Source: Toensbergia leucococca
Taxonomy: Eukaryota
Length of the DNA: 64,000 nucleotides
Direction: 5' to 3'
NCBI GenBank assembly: GCA_022813965.1
Contig: JALDZS010000014.1
Coordinates: 62,001-126,000 of the forward strand
A program made the position numbers and the translations under genes. Below, in pieces: positions 1-11,678 of this stretch (positions are counted from its first letter, which is position 1; each line of letters starts with the position of its first letter). Below the pieces are notes generated by a model. It had not been told where the DNA came from, made no database searches, and was given only the letters and a program-made list of their open reading frames with translations.

Positions 1-368
1 CGAGCTCTATAATGTCTCATCCTCTGCCTGCCCTTTTGGCCCGAGGAGTCACAGTCGCCTTGTGCAACGATGATCCAGCTATTCTTGGACATGGGAAGAA
101 CGGAGTGACGCATGACTTCTGGCAGGCGTTGCAGGCTTGGGAAAATCTTGGCTTGGAGGGTCTTGGCTCTCTTGCGGAGAACAGTATCCGCTATGCAGCT
201 TTCGCCCCGGATCAAACAACAAAGGAATGGAACAAAGATATCAGCGATGGGGTCTTCGGGGATGGCGTTCGCGCATCACGCCTGAGGGAATGGGGAGTCG
301 AGTGGAATAAGTTCTGTGAATGGATTGTTATGGAATTTGCAGCGGATTATGGAGGTGATGAAGAATGA
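1..368 (+). CDS. Adenosine deaminase family (ADA2/CECR1-like), C-terminal part; gene starts before the window
   Basis: HPLPALLARGVTVALCNDDPAILG...DFWQALQ...LGSLAENSIRY matches the deaminase C-terminal (S/N)DDP motif; stop TGA at 366-368. Confidence 0.85.
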   Translation, partial: SSIMSHPLPALLARGVTVALCNDDPAILGHGKNGVTHDFWQALQAWENLGLEGLGSLAENSIRYAAFAPDQTTKEWNKDISDGVFGDGVRASRLREWGVEWNKFCEWIVMEFAADYGGDEE

Positions 369-1008
369 TGTACGGTAAATATGGTTGTATCCCTAGCCAG
401 CCGATAGGGATCAATTTGTAGGGCCGCGTTTCAGGGGAATTGTTCTCGTCTTTTTGGACCTCTAGAAATGGAGACACTGACAATGGAATTTTCTGGCTCG
501 AGGGAATCCCGAATCACTGCCAACATTTAGAGTACTCGCTGAAAGTGAGAGCTATTCTACAGTGTTTGATGTGAGCCACAAACAAGAGTGATCGTCTTGA
601 GTAGACTCTTGGTCTTGATTCACATCTCAAGCGTCGAGGGTGTCTCTTGTGTACCAATTTTATCAACGTTGCCTTTAGCCAATAGGAAATGCACTGGTGA
701 ACATCGTCATTTCTTAGTAACGCTTCCCTGGTCCCAAGATCACAAATAGCATCATGCGCTTGTGTTTTACACCACGTCAATAATAAGACGTATTTGGCCG
801 TCTTTCTAAGCCAACAAGCATGACCGTAACATTGCCCATCCCCGAATATACTCATCTGCCAGTCCTGTTTGAAGCCGTGCAACAACTGCCACTCTGCTTC
901 CCGGATGACTTTCTGTACCGAGAGGAGGACCTATTCAGCTTTACAAGATCTAGATATGATCTTACGATAGCTCTCTCTGAAGCTTCTTTGGCTTCCTAGC
1001 TATTCGCC

Positions 1009-4000
1009 ATGGCTTACTTTCTCCCTTCCTTCTTCCAAAAACGAATTCTACGATATGCCCTTTCTCGACTGGAGCTGCTCGATACCGATGCTTTGGATCT
1101 GGAAAAACTGGATATTGTGTGGGGAAAGAGAAGCACTGTTGAGCTGCGGGACCTTGGACTACAATTGAAGGTGAGAACACAAGGGCGTTATAGAAGCCTT
1201 CATAGCTTACTGACGGGGCGATGTCAATAGAAACTATCTACCTTTCTTCAAATACCCCAGGCTCTTGACCTTGTCAAAGCTAAAATCCTTCTCCTTCGAA
1301 TAACTGTGCCCGCCGATCTCTATAAAAGCGGAATCTTGATCGAGGTCGAAGGAGTGGAGGTGCAGCTAGATGCAGACTTGGCAGAAAAAGAAGAGGACAA
1401 TGACAAGAAACCCAAGCAGCGAGACGGTAGAAGAGAAGGTCTTGCAAAAGGCATCAAAGCAGATCGACCTCGAAGTACCCAGCCTCTAGTTCATGACCCT
1501 GGTGGAGTGCCAGAAACGCAGCCACCACAGATCGATGATGACAACAACGATGACGGAGATGCGCTTGATCAACTACCCACATCCGATGACCTCGCGCAGT
1601 CTTTCTTGAAGGCGGAATCCCCAGTGGAAAAAGTCGAATTACAGGTCGGTCTTGAACAATCTCAGTATTTAAAGCAACCTCGGGCACAAAGCGCAAGCAG
1701 TGAAGACGAGTCCGCTCTGGGGATTGGGAATGGTCTTTCACTTCCAGGCTTTCTCGCAGATTTCCTGAAAGGGGTATCAAATAGGCTTGAGCTAAAGATT
1801 AATGACATCCAACTTGACGTGAGATTAAATCTAGACCTCCCCACAGGAATAGCTGCCAACAGCAACAGTATCGATAAATTAGACGCTGTGAGGTTACGAC
1901 TCTCGATTGAAAATCTAATCCTCAATGGAATTTCCACATCTGTAACGGGCTTAAACGATGTCCAACCAAAGGGAGTGACGAAGACGATCCAAAGAGAGGA
2001 GCCTCTGATTGGTCATGAAGTTCGACGCATCTCACTGCACCAAGTACGAGGTGGGCTTATATCTGAAGCTTCCTTATTCTCAAACATGTCGCGATTCGCT
2101 GGGCCATCATCTCCGGTAACTACACAGAATAGCCCAGTAAGAAAAACCAAGGATGACACACCGCGAGAGGCACCCCCTTCGTCATCGCCCAGTGCCGGTC
2201 TCGCGATGACGCAGTCTACAATTATTCGGCCCCCAGATGAGGAGACGAAAAGCCAAACCCATCTCGAGGACTCGGTCCTCACCCGCGACAGTGAGAAGTA
2301 TGTTGATGCAGGAAGCGAGGATGGGAATGAAGAGCGGGACATCCACTTGTCTTTGTCAGACCTCGGGGAAAGCCAGTATGCAGACAGCTTTTTCGAGCAC
2401 TCCTTCTATTCCGATGAGACCAACGTCAATCTTAAGAATGAGAACATCGAAGACTCGGAGACTCTGCCCGAACGCTTACGACAAGACAATGGAAATCCTT
2501 CTGTCGGAAGATCACGATACAACGTCTCACTGCCTCAAGTCGTGGATGAAACCGATCCGTTGCCCGACTCCTCCCAAGTTGGGGTTGTCAAGCACTCGGA
2601 AGGAGTAAATCCATATTCCCAGAAAAACGCCTCTTATTTGCACGAGTCAACCCGAAGAGATCAGCCACAGAATGCACCAGCTGGTGTTCAGGTGTCTCAA
2701 GATTTATCTAGCTCTTCACACGCAGCAAGCTTTACTCCACCCCTTACAGAAGATCTCACCCAATCGAAGATTTTCAGCCACGAAGAAGCTGAGAGTATGT
2801 ATATGAGTGCCATCAGCTATGCTTCTTCGCACGACAACAATGGTGATAATTTAGTCCCCGGTGGATGGGTCGCTTCTGGCTCCGATGATGACGAGCGAAT
2901 CACTTTACTGGGCTACGATCCTAAATCACAAGATCAGCAACAGCTTGCCCCGAGCGGGCTTGGCTTTTCTACTATTGACGAATTCCAAGATATTCAACCA
3001 TGTGTGACTCCAACACGACAGCTATCTGGACAAATATCGGCATCCTCAACGACTCCCGCACCTGAGATACAACCAGAGACGGCACTCCCTCATAATTCTG
3101 CGACACATGGAGACACATCATCCCCAAGTTCCGAGTCCTCTTCGACTGAATCAGGGAGCCCTTTGATTATAATGAAAGAGGTTATGCTGATTGATTCTAT
3201 TTATATAGAGCTACTCCATAACACTATCAGAGCACATGATGCTTCAGAGCCTACTCCAGAGTCTCCCACTAAGGAGCCGAACCGTACTCGAGCTTCAGGG
3301 GTGTCTTCGCATCTCAGTGGGCTGGGAAGCGCAGACTTTTTAGAGAACCAAATTCCAAGGAGCGAGATAAATCCAAGCACTTCGACTGGTGGCCAAATTT
3401 TGAAGAACGAAGAACCACAGCGTGTTGAATCTGTATCTGTCGGCGTTGGACAGGTCGAGATACTTGGCGACATGGGGCTCACAAGGCTGGCTATTCTCAT
3501 TGTGCAGCAAGCCTTGACGTTGCTAAGTCGAACCTCCAATGTGGAGAACGGTAAACCAAGCCAAAAGTCTCCATCTTATCATACAAAGATACAGATAGCA
3601 AGACTATCCTGGAAACTCCTGGACTTACTCAAAGGGTCCTCTGTCACAGGTGCTCGGGATTCGAGTTCCAAAACAGCAAAATCATCTGGCTCGTTAGATA
3701 GTGATGTCCTCCTTGCAGCGAGCCTCGAGCGGATCGAAGTTACGACGCTAGGAGAGATGTCTTCCTCAAAGTCTAAGTTGACAGTAGGGAAATTTACCTT
3801 TGGCTACGCTTCGGACCATATTCTCTCATTTGACTCGGGTCTCAAGATGAGGGATTCAACTCGAGATATCCTTGCTCCAGTCAACGATGATGTGCTCCTG
3901 TATATTACAAGAAGGTATCAGACAACTGAGATCAGCTTGTATACACTTCCACTTCATATTGCACTGGACTTACGACGTCTGGACGAGACATTTAGCTGGT

Positions 4001-7000
4001 TTGGCGGATTTAGTAGCATACTTGGCTTAGGAAGCTCAATCATGTCGAGTGCTACTATTGTTGACACAAGATTAGCGTCTTCACATACTACTAAAGCAAT
4101 ACGAGGTGTTCGTTTTGAGGTCCCTGCTCAGACAGACACAGCGAGAGCTGGCCTCACGCATACCCAAAGTAAGACTACTGTAAGAATTGGGGGACTTCTC
4201 CTGGACCTGCAGGGTGTAAATTGCGCTTTGCGTATTCGAACCACGGCAATGAAGCTTGTTCATCGAGCAGAAGGTGTTGGCTTGGTAATCGATAAATTAA
4301 AGCTCAGTGGTCCGTATCTCAGGCCAGAGAATGACGATCCTTCCATCACTGCAAGACTGGCCAACATCAGAGTAGAGTACACATCAACACCAAAAGAGGT
4401 GGACCTCACTAGATTGCTTGCACTACTTTCGCCGTCAAGAAACAAGTATGAGCGAGATGACGATATCCTACTCGACACCCTTTTGCATCAGAGAAGGCAG
4501 GGCGGCGTCGTTCGCATCACGATTGAAGGCTTTCAAGGAGGTCTTTCTAGGCTCCATGACCTCCAGTATCTTCCTGAATTACTTGAGGAGCTCAAGAAGC
4601 TCTCAACAGTAACGAAATATCTTCCTGAGGACGATCGTCCGGGTATCTTGACTTTGGCTCTAATTCACGACCTTCGATTAGACATCAGCATAGACAACAA
4701 ATTTGGCACCGCTATATGTACCTCGAAGAATCTGGAAGTAGCACACGTGACACTCCCTGTCCTCATGGCACTTGGAGTCAGTGCTCTACATCTTCACCGT
4801 AACCATATCGAAGAGCTATTGGGACAAGTTTCATCCTCAAATTCTGGCAATGAGCCACCTACGCCCATGTTAATGGCTAGATATATTGGTGACGAGATGG
4901 AACCAACCGTCAAAATAAAACTGTGGAACGTACGTGCAGAGTACCATGTTTCAACAATTATGGCGATCATGGGGCTTTCGGATGATACAACCGGCGAAGC
5001 ATTCGTGGCGGACATGGTGAACTCTGTTGTTAATCTCACAAGCGGGCACAAACGCGAGCCTCCGCTCTCCAAACTATCGCGCCACGGATCTTCAAGCAGC
5101 GAGAAGTCTGTACATTCTTTGAAAATCTTGAATTTCGACATAGGCATACGAGAATCTGTTATTGGACTCAATCCACGCAATTCATCGGCAAAAGGCATCA
5201 TCCTTGTCACGGACACTCATATTGTGGGCGCTTTACCACAGGAGGACTATGCCAGTGCAGTACTAGACATTAAGAGGGCCTCGTTCATGATAATTGACGA
5301 TACCAGGAACATTGTCCCCTCAGACCAATTGACCAGACGTGGATCACTTGACAACCAATTCAGTCAAGCACAACACTTTACAGATATGGGATATGTCTCC
5401 GTAAGCTATATGTCAGCAGCGAAAGCGACGCTGCAGATTATCAAACCCCATAGAGATGCAGGAAAATCTATGGATATCGAAATTCGGGATGAATTGTTTG
5501 TCCTTGACTTGTGTGCCGACTCCACGCAAACGCTCTTAGGGATCTTGAATGGGCTGAAGCCGCCGATGCCGGTCAGTACAGAACTCAAATATAGAACCGA
5601 AGTCGTACCGGTCGATGATATGCTGGCTTCCTTCACTGGAAACGCCTATACATCCGCCGGCATCGATGACGAGGATGATAGCGACCAACCTCTAGGTTTT
5701 GATGAGGGCGATATGGTAGACGATGACGTTCCGCAGAATCTAGAATTTGTTAGCAGTTTCTACAATCCTAATCCCAGGCCAGCATCTGAAGGAATAGCCG
5801 ACAGTATGCTCGAAGATGATCTTGAATCACTAGCAAGTCCACCTATGACTCGAGAAATTGGAGACAAGACGTTCCTGGGGAATTTCCAAGAACAGTATGA
5901 AATTGCCCCAGGCGGCGAACCACTTGACTTCCAAGAAGATCATTTCAGCACCAACTCAGGAGTTGGAGGTACAGCTCATAGGTGGGATACTAAGCACAAC
6001 ACATATGGCTTATCGAATGAGGTGAAAGTTCGCGAATGTCCATTGAGACTTCGTGTACGAGACGTTCACATAATTTGGAACCTTTTCGATGGCTATGATT
6101 GGCAGCACACCAGGGACACAATATCTCAAGCCGTTGCAGATGTTGAGAGCAAGGCAGCAGAACGGATGTCACGCAAAGACCGCCGTAAGTCCTTTGACGC
6201 AGATGAAGACGAGGAATCTGTCATAGGAGACTTTCTTTTCAATTCCATCTACATTGGAGTCCCAGCCAATCGCGAGCCGCGAGACCTAGCCCGCCAAGTC
6301 AATCGTAACCTGGACGATCTTGCAAGTGAAACAGAGAGTTTTGCTCCGACAACAGCGTCAAGCTCGCCCAGCCGACAGAGTCATGTGCCCCGAGCGAAAC
6401 GAAAGAAACTACGACTCAACCGGAGCAAGCAGCACAAGATGTCTTTTGAACTCAAGGGAGTATCTGTGGACCTCTTAGTATTCCCACCCACCTCCGATGA
6501 AGTCCAGAGCTCGATAGATATCCGGGTGCAAGATCTGGAGATTTTTGACAACGTGCCGACATCAACATGGAAGAAATTCGCAACGTACATGCACGACGCG
6601 GGAGAGAGAGAAAGCGGCACTAGCATGATTCATCTTGAGATACTCAACGTGAAACCGGTTCCGGATCTTGCAGCTTCGGAGATAATCCTCAAGGTAAGCC
6701 TTCCAATACCACGCACCTCCAAATCTAATGAAAATCTCACTAGGCAACTATTCTTCCACTTCGTCTTCACGTCGATCAAGACGCTCTGGATTTTATGACT
6801 CGCTTCTTTGAGTTCAAGGACGTCTCTACGCCTATTCACTCCTCGAAGTCGGAGATACCATTCCTCCAACGCGCTGAAATTAATTCCATCCGGCTGAAGC
6901 TTGACTTCAAACCTAAACGTGTCGACTACGTGGGTATCCGCTCAGGTCACACCAACGAGTTTATGAATTTCTTCATTCTCGATGGAGCAGACATGGTACT

Positions 7001-7761
7001 TCGGCATGTAATTATATACGGTGTCTCTGGATTCGATAAGCTGGGCAAGACTCTCAACGATATTTGGATGCCGGATGTCAAGCGCAATCAACTTCCAGGT
7101 GTACTTGCTGGCCTGGCGCCTGTGCGATCCCTAGTGAACTTTGGCGGCGGCGTACGTGATCTGGTGGTTGTACCAATGCGAGAATATCGCAAGGACGGCA
7201 GAGTGGTGCGAAGTATCCAGAAAGGAGCCTTGGCGTTCGCGAAGACTACCACTAGTGAGCTGGTCAAAATGGGGGCTAAACTAGCTATCGGCACCCAGAC
7301 TGTTTTGCAAGATGCCGAGGTCTATCTGAGCCAGCCCGGCCAACAGCGAACAGACTTGGGTGGAGTTTGGGAGGAAGCCGAAATCGAAGAGGAGGAGAAG
7401 AAACAGATAAGCTTGTACTCGGATCAGCCGATCGGAGTGATACAAGGATTCCGAGGAGCATTTGCAAGCCTCGAACGGGATCTGCTTATGGCTAGAGACG
7501 CTATCGTGGCAATGCCAGGGGAAGTGATGGAGAGCGGAACCGCTGGCGGAGCAGCGAGAGCGGTATTGCGCGGCGCACCTACCATTATATTGCGGCCAGC
7601 AATGGGTGTTAGCAAAGCGGTGGGCCAGACACTGATGGGCGCGACGAACAGTCTAGACCCGGGCAACAGGAGAAGAATTGAAGACGTAAGTATTGATTTG
7701 CATCTGTGCTCGCTTGCAGATAGGTTGCTAATGACAGTGACAGAAATACAAGAGGCACTAG
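1009..7761 (+). CDS. ATG2: Autophagy-related protein 2 (lipid transfer protein); exons 1009-1170, 1231-6693, 6744-7685, 7744-7761
   Basis: Chorein-N start [28 protein letters not shown] region [28 protein letters not shown] and [12 protein letters not shown]; three GT-AG introns join the ORF-track pieces in frame. Confidence 0.95.
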
Positions 7762-8130
7762 ACAATATGGGAGGGACGTTGGGGGGAGTTTGGGAATGGC
7801 AAATTGCTTGTTGCATAGCGTGAGGGATGATGTTGTAACGGTCTTCAGGGAATCATTACATGGACAGGGGGGAGGATTTCTGGCATTTCAAGGTGTTCGA
7901 ACTCGGGATAAGGCGGATCAAACAAATGGTTGATTCGGATAAAAAGTGTACTGGTCAATCAAATTACTCGGCTCGTATGCTTTGACGTTTTCTGGTCTGG
8001 ATAGTTTTACGTTTGTGGATTAGCTTTACATCGGTGCATTCAATGGTGAGGATACAGCCGGCGGGCAGCGAAACTTTACAGATGGGTATTTAGTACAATA
8101 GATTCCTGAGCAGCTTGTATTAAGTACAGC

Positions 8131-9784
8131 TACCGTATAATCTGTCATATAAGATACTACTGGTATATAAGATACTACTGGCTTGTAAGATATGGTTCCA
8201 ATTTGACTTCTTGAGACGATAGGCCTTTTGGTCTATAAGATATTATCTACCTACATGTGGAGGGGGGGTCTCAGGTACCTACTCCACCTCATCATCATCC
8301 TCCTCCTCCTCCTCATCCTCATCCTCATCATCACTGTCAAACACCTGGACGTTGTCATCATCGTCATCCTCAGTCTCCTCCTCCTCCTCCTCCTCCTCCT
8401 CCTCCTCCTCCTCATCCTCATCAATTGCTGCAAGATTGCTAATCTCCTCCGGCCTTCTAGTTCAGTCATCAACCTGTACATCAGGTATATCCTTTATTCA
8501 TAGTTCATGATCCTCACTCCCATCTACAGCTAAGGATAGTCCAACTTGATGAAACATTTTGTGAATCAATTCTGACTTAATTGAATCCTTATGAAACTCC
8601 CTTCATGCCTGACCCACCCATTCCGCCAACATCACACATCTTTCACCTACAGTATACTTTCAGGAAGCATACTTCTCATGATGTTTATCATAATGCTCAT
8701 CAGCTAGATCCTCAATGCACTACTTGAGAGGCTTATTGATCGCTACATCCAAAACCTGAATGAATCCGGTACAGCCTCCGGGGACAAAAGAGGTGATGAT
8801 ATTGATCTCACTCAAAGACCTTGCTGGAAGAACTGTATATAAGATACTACTGGTATATAAGATACTACTGAAGTATAAGATATGGTTTCAATTGGCCTGT
8901 AGACGATGAACGGACTATAGGACTACCGTATAATCTGTCATATAAGATTCGAATCTTATAAGTAGTTCATCGTCTACAGGTCATTTGAAACCATATCTTA
9001 TACTTCAGTAATATCTTTTAGACAAAACCATGTCTTATACTCGGTCCTCGGGCAAGGTCTGAGCTGAGACTCAATACATTCACTTGAGAGATTCACCACA
9101 CTCGCTATCAACCTCCCTAACACATCCCCGCCTCATCTTTGCACATCTCATCTGTACACGTCTATCTAGTCATGACCCCCCCTTATACTCCCTCAAAGGG
9201 ACAGATCATCGAACTAGCTGATGAGCATTATGAAAGATATCATGAGAAGTGTGCTTCCGGAAAATATGGTGTGGGTGAAAAACGTGTGATGTTAACAGAA
9301 TGGGTGGGTAAAGCTTGGAGGGAACTGCATAGAGATAAAGCAGACTTGATACGCAAAACCTTTAGACAAGTAGGACTTTCCCTAGCTGTGGATGGGAGCG
9401 AGGATAAGGAGTTAATGGATCAAGGATATACCAGATATTCAGGTGGGGGACTAGACTAGAAGATCTGAAGAAACAATCAATCTTGACTCGGTGGATGAAA
9501 ATAAGGAGGAAGGAGAGGAGAAAGGGGAGGAGGGAGAGGAGGTTCAGGTATTTGACACTGATGATGAGGATGAGGATGAGGATGATGATGAGGATAATGA
9601 TGAGGATAATGATGAGGTGGAATACATACCTGAGACCCCCCCCCCCACATGTAGATAATATCTTACTAGATATTATCTTATAGACCAAAACTCCCTCGGT
9701 CTGTAGAAATCGATTTGGAACCATATCTTATAGTGGAGTATATCTTGTAAACCGACCATATCTTATATGACAGATTATACGGTA
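8131..9784. mobile_element. Two decayed pogo/Tc1-mariner (DDE_1) transposon copies in inverted arrangement
   Basis: 26-bp perfect inverted repeat TACCGTATAATCTGTCATATAAGATA at 8131-8156 and 9759-9784 (TA at both outer ends); third end copy at 8924-8948; minus strand reads FVPGGCTGFIQVLDVAINKPLK* (DDE_1 motif) with stops; plus copy 9200-9460 encodes the homologous LADEHY...EWVGKAW...VGLSLAVDGSED. Confidence 0.9.
8290..8421. repeat. (CCT)n/(CAT)n low-complexity tract encoding the acidic Glu/Asp tail of the decayed transposase; mirrored at ~9500-9620
   Basis: Trinucleotide runs visible; reverse complement gives GAG/GAT codons downstream of the transposase fragment. Confidence 0.8.
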
Positions 9785-11678
9785 CTTAGGGAGCCCACAC
9801 ACATGGATATAGCAGGTGAAAACCAATGCTGAGCAGCAAGGCCCATGTGAGACTGCGAATATATTCTGCATTACCCACGTGTAAATCACAAGCATCGCCT
9901 CACTGAGGAGATAGGGAGATATGAGACACATTGGACCCAAGGAAAATAGATTTCCTCGAGATGCTTCTTCAGGTGACTCGGTGATTGCGTATGAAGAATG
10001 ACGGAAAGACGCCGCGCTTCCCACCTACAGCCAGTACTTACCCTGCCTCCAGCTGCGGCGAAAGCAGCTTGCTGAGCTTGGCTAACAAACACCTGCCATG
10101 CTGCGGCATTCAGGAATCCTTCATTGCGCAATGACCGATCGACCTGAAAATACAATGAGGAAAGGCAATCTGTGACGGGTGGAAGAGCGGTGATGCTCGA
10201 GTCTCGGGTGAGTACGTAAGGGGCAAAGGGCGGGGGCAGAGACAGTCGTAACGGTCGTACCTGCCTGAGGCTGAATTCGAGTAATTGAAATAGCACGTAG
10301 TGAGGGCTGAGGATAGCACTGTTGGCATATGCACGGGAGATTGTGTTGCCCGAAATATCAGTTGGGTATCTGCTATCTATCGCGCTCCTTGTGCCTTTCC
10401 ATTTTGGTTGTGGATGTGAGCGTGAACGTGGAGCTGCCAAGCCAATTTCGGTTCGTACCGTTCGCGGCGGCACATACCCAGCGAGCCAGGCAATAAAAGC
10501 AAAAATCTCCTTTCACCTTTGGTAATTGGGTGGATGAAGGGTGAGTCGTAAAGAGATAGGGATAGTCTCAGTCTCAATTCTCGTCACGGCAAGTCTATCT
10601 CTGGGGTAGAATAGTATGTCCATTGTCATGATTGTCATAATCTGGGGCTGGGATGCCTGGGGCAAATGATGCTTAGAGGCACAAAAGCCGATGAGACTAT
10701 GTAAGGCCTTCTAATCTAAGTGGGGTTGGCATAAGGTAGCCTTCAGTATAGGACTGATGCAACAGGCTTCGGATGTTGTCGACAAAAGGACTCGGACGGC
10801 AGTCGTCAGCAGTCGATGATGGCCGTCCCCTCGGTCATTGGAGCTTGGCAGCGGCAGGGATAGATGATGGAAGTCCGGGTGACGGCATGACCTGCATGGA
10901 TCGACGTCGCGTGGATTGTGTGACTCCACGACATTAAATCCACGATCCATCGGGGAGAGAGGAAGAGAGAGAGCGGCTGACAATGCCATAGCTCTGCTCT
11001 GCTCTGCTCTCACTCTCACTGTCTTTCTCTTTCTCTTTCTCTTTCCTATCCACCGTCTTTTCTTCTGTCTTTCCTTCTATTCTTCTCCTCTTCCCTTCAC
11101 TGGTGCTTTCCATTGACAGTCTCCTTCACTTCTACCTGATCGACCAATGGCCTTCCCTTGTCTCTCACTGTAATCTTTTCGTTTCGTCACCTGCCAACGT
11201 CTCTTCAAGTCGTTGTTCTGCTCGTTATTTCCTTGTGTGCCTGCTGCCATTACGACTGAATGACCTAACGAATAGACTAGACGACGCTTGCAATTTCATC
11301 TTTCCTGTTTGTGAGTCTTCGGTACATCCTGGTCTCGGGAAGAGTGCGTTTGCCATAGAGAGGAAGACGGGTTCACCGGGAGGTTCGGTAGAGGCAAGCA
11401 CATAAAGCCTGGTCCACATCGCGGAGAGCATCGACGGTGCAATAGCACTGTCTGTGTTCAAGGACAGCTGCCGCCTTAATTCATAAAAAGAAAGCTGAAA
11501 TTGCCGCGAGATATTGTAACGGGTCGAAGAAGAAGAACTGATAATGTTTAATCCATGTAAAAAAATGTGAACAGTGGGTGCTACCTCCATGGAGACTTGA
11601 ATATCTAGACCAGTAGCAAAAGAATTGGTGGTAAAAGAATTCCTTGCTGTTCTTTGCTGCAAAGAAGAGAAGGCCAAA

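Noticed and set aside
8228..8503. Poly-Leu, poly-Arg and poly-Pro ORFs (also 9362-9724)
   Set aside because: Off-frame translations of the transposase acidic-tail microsatellite
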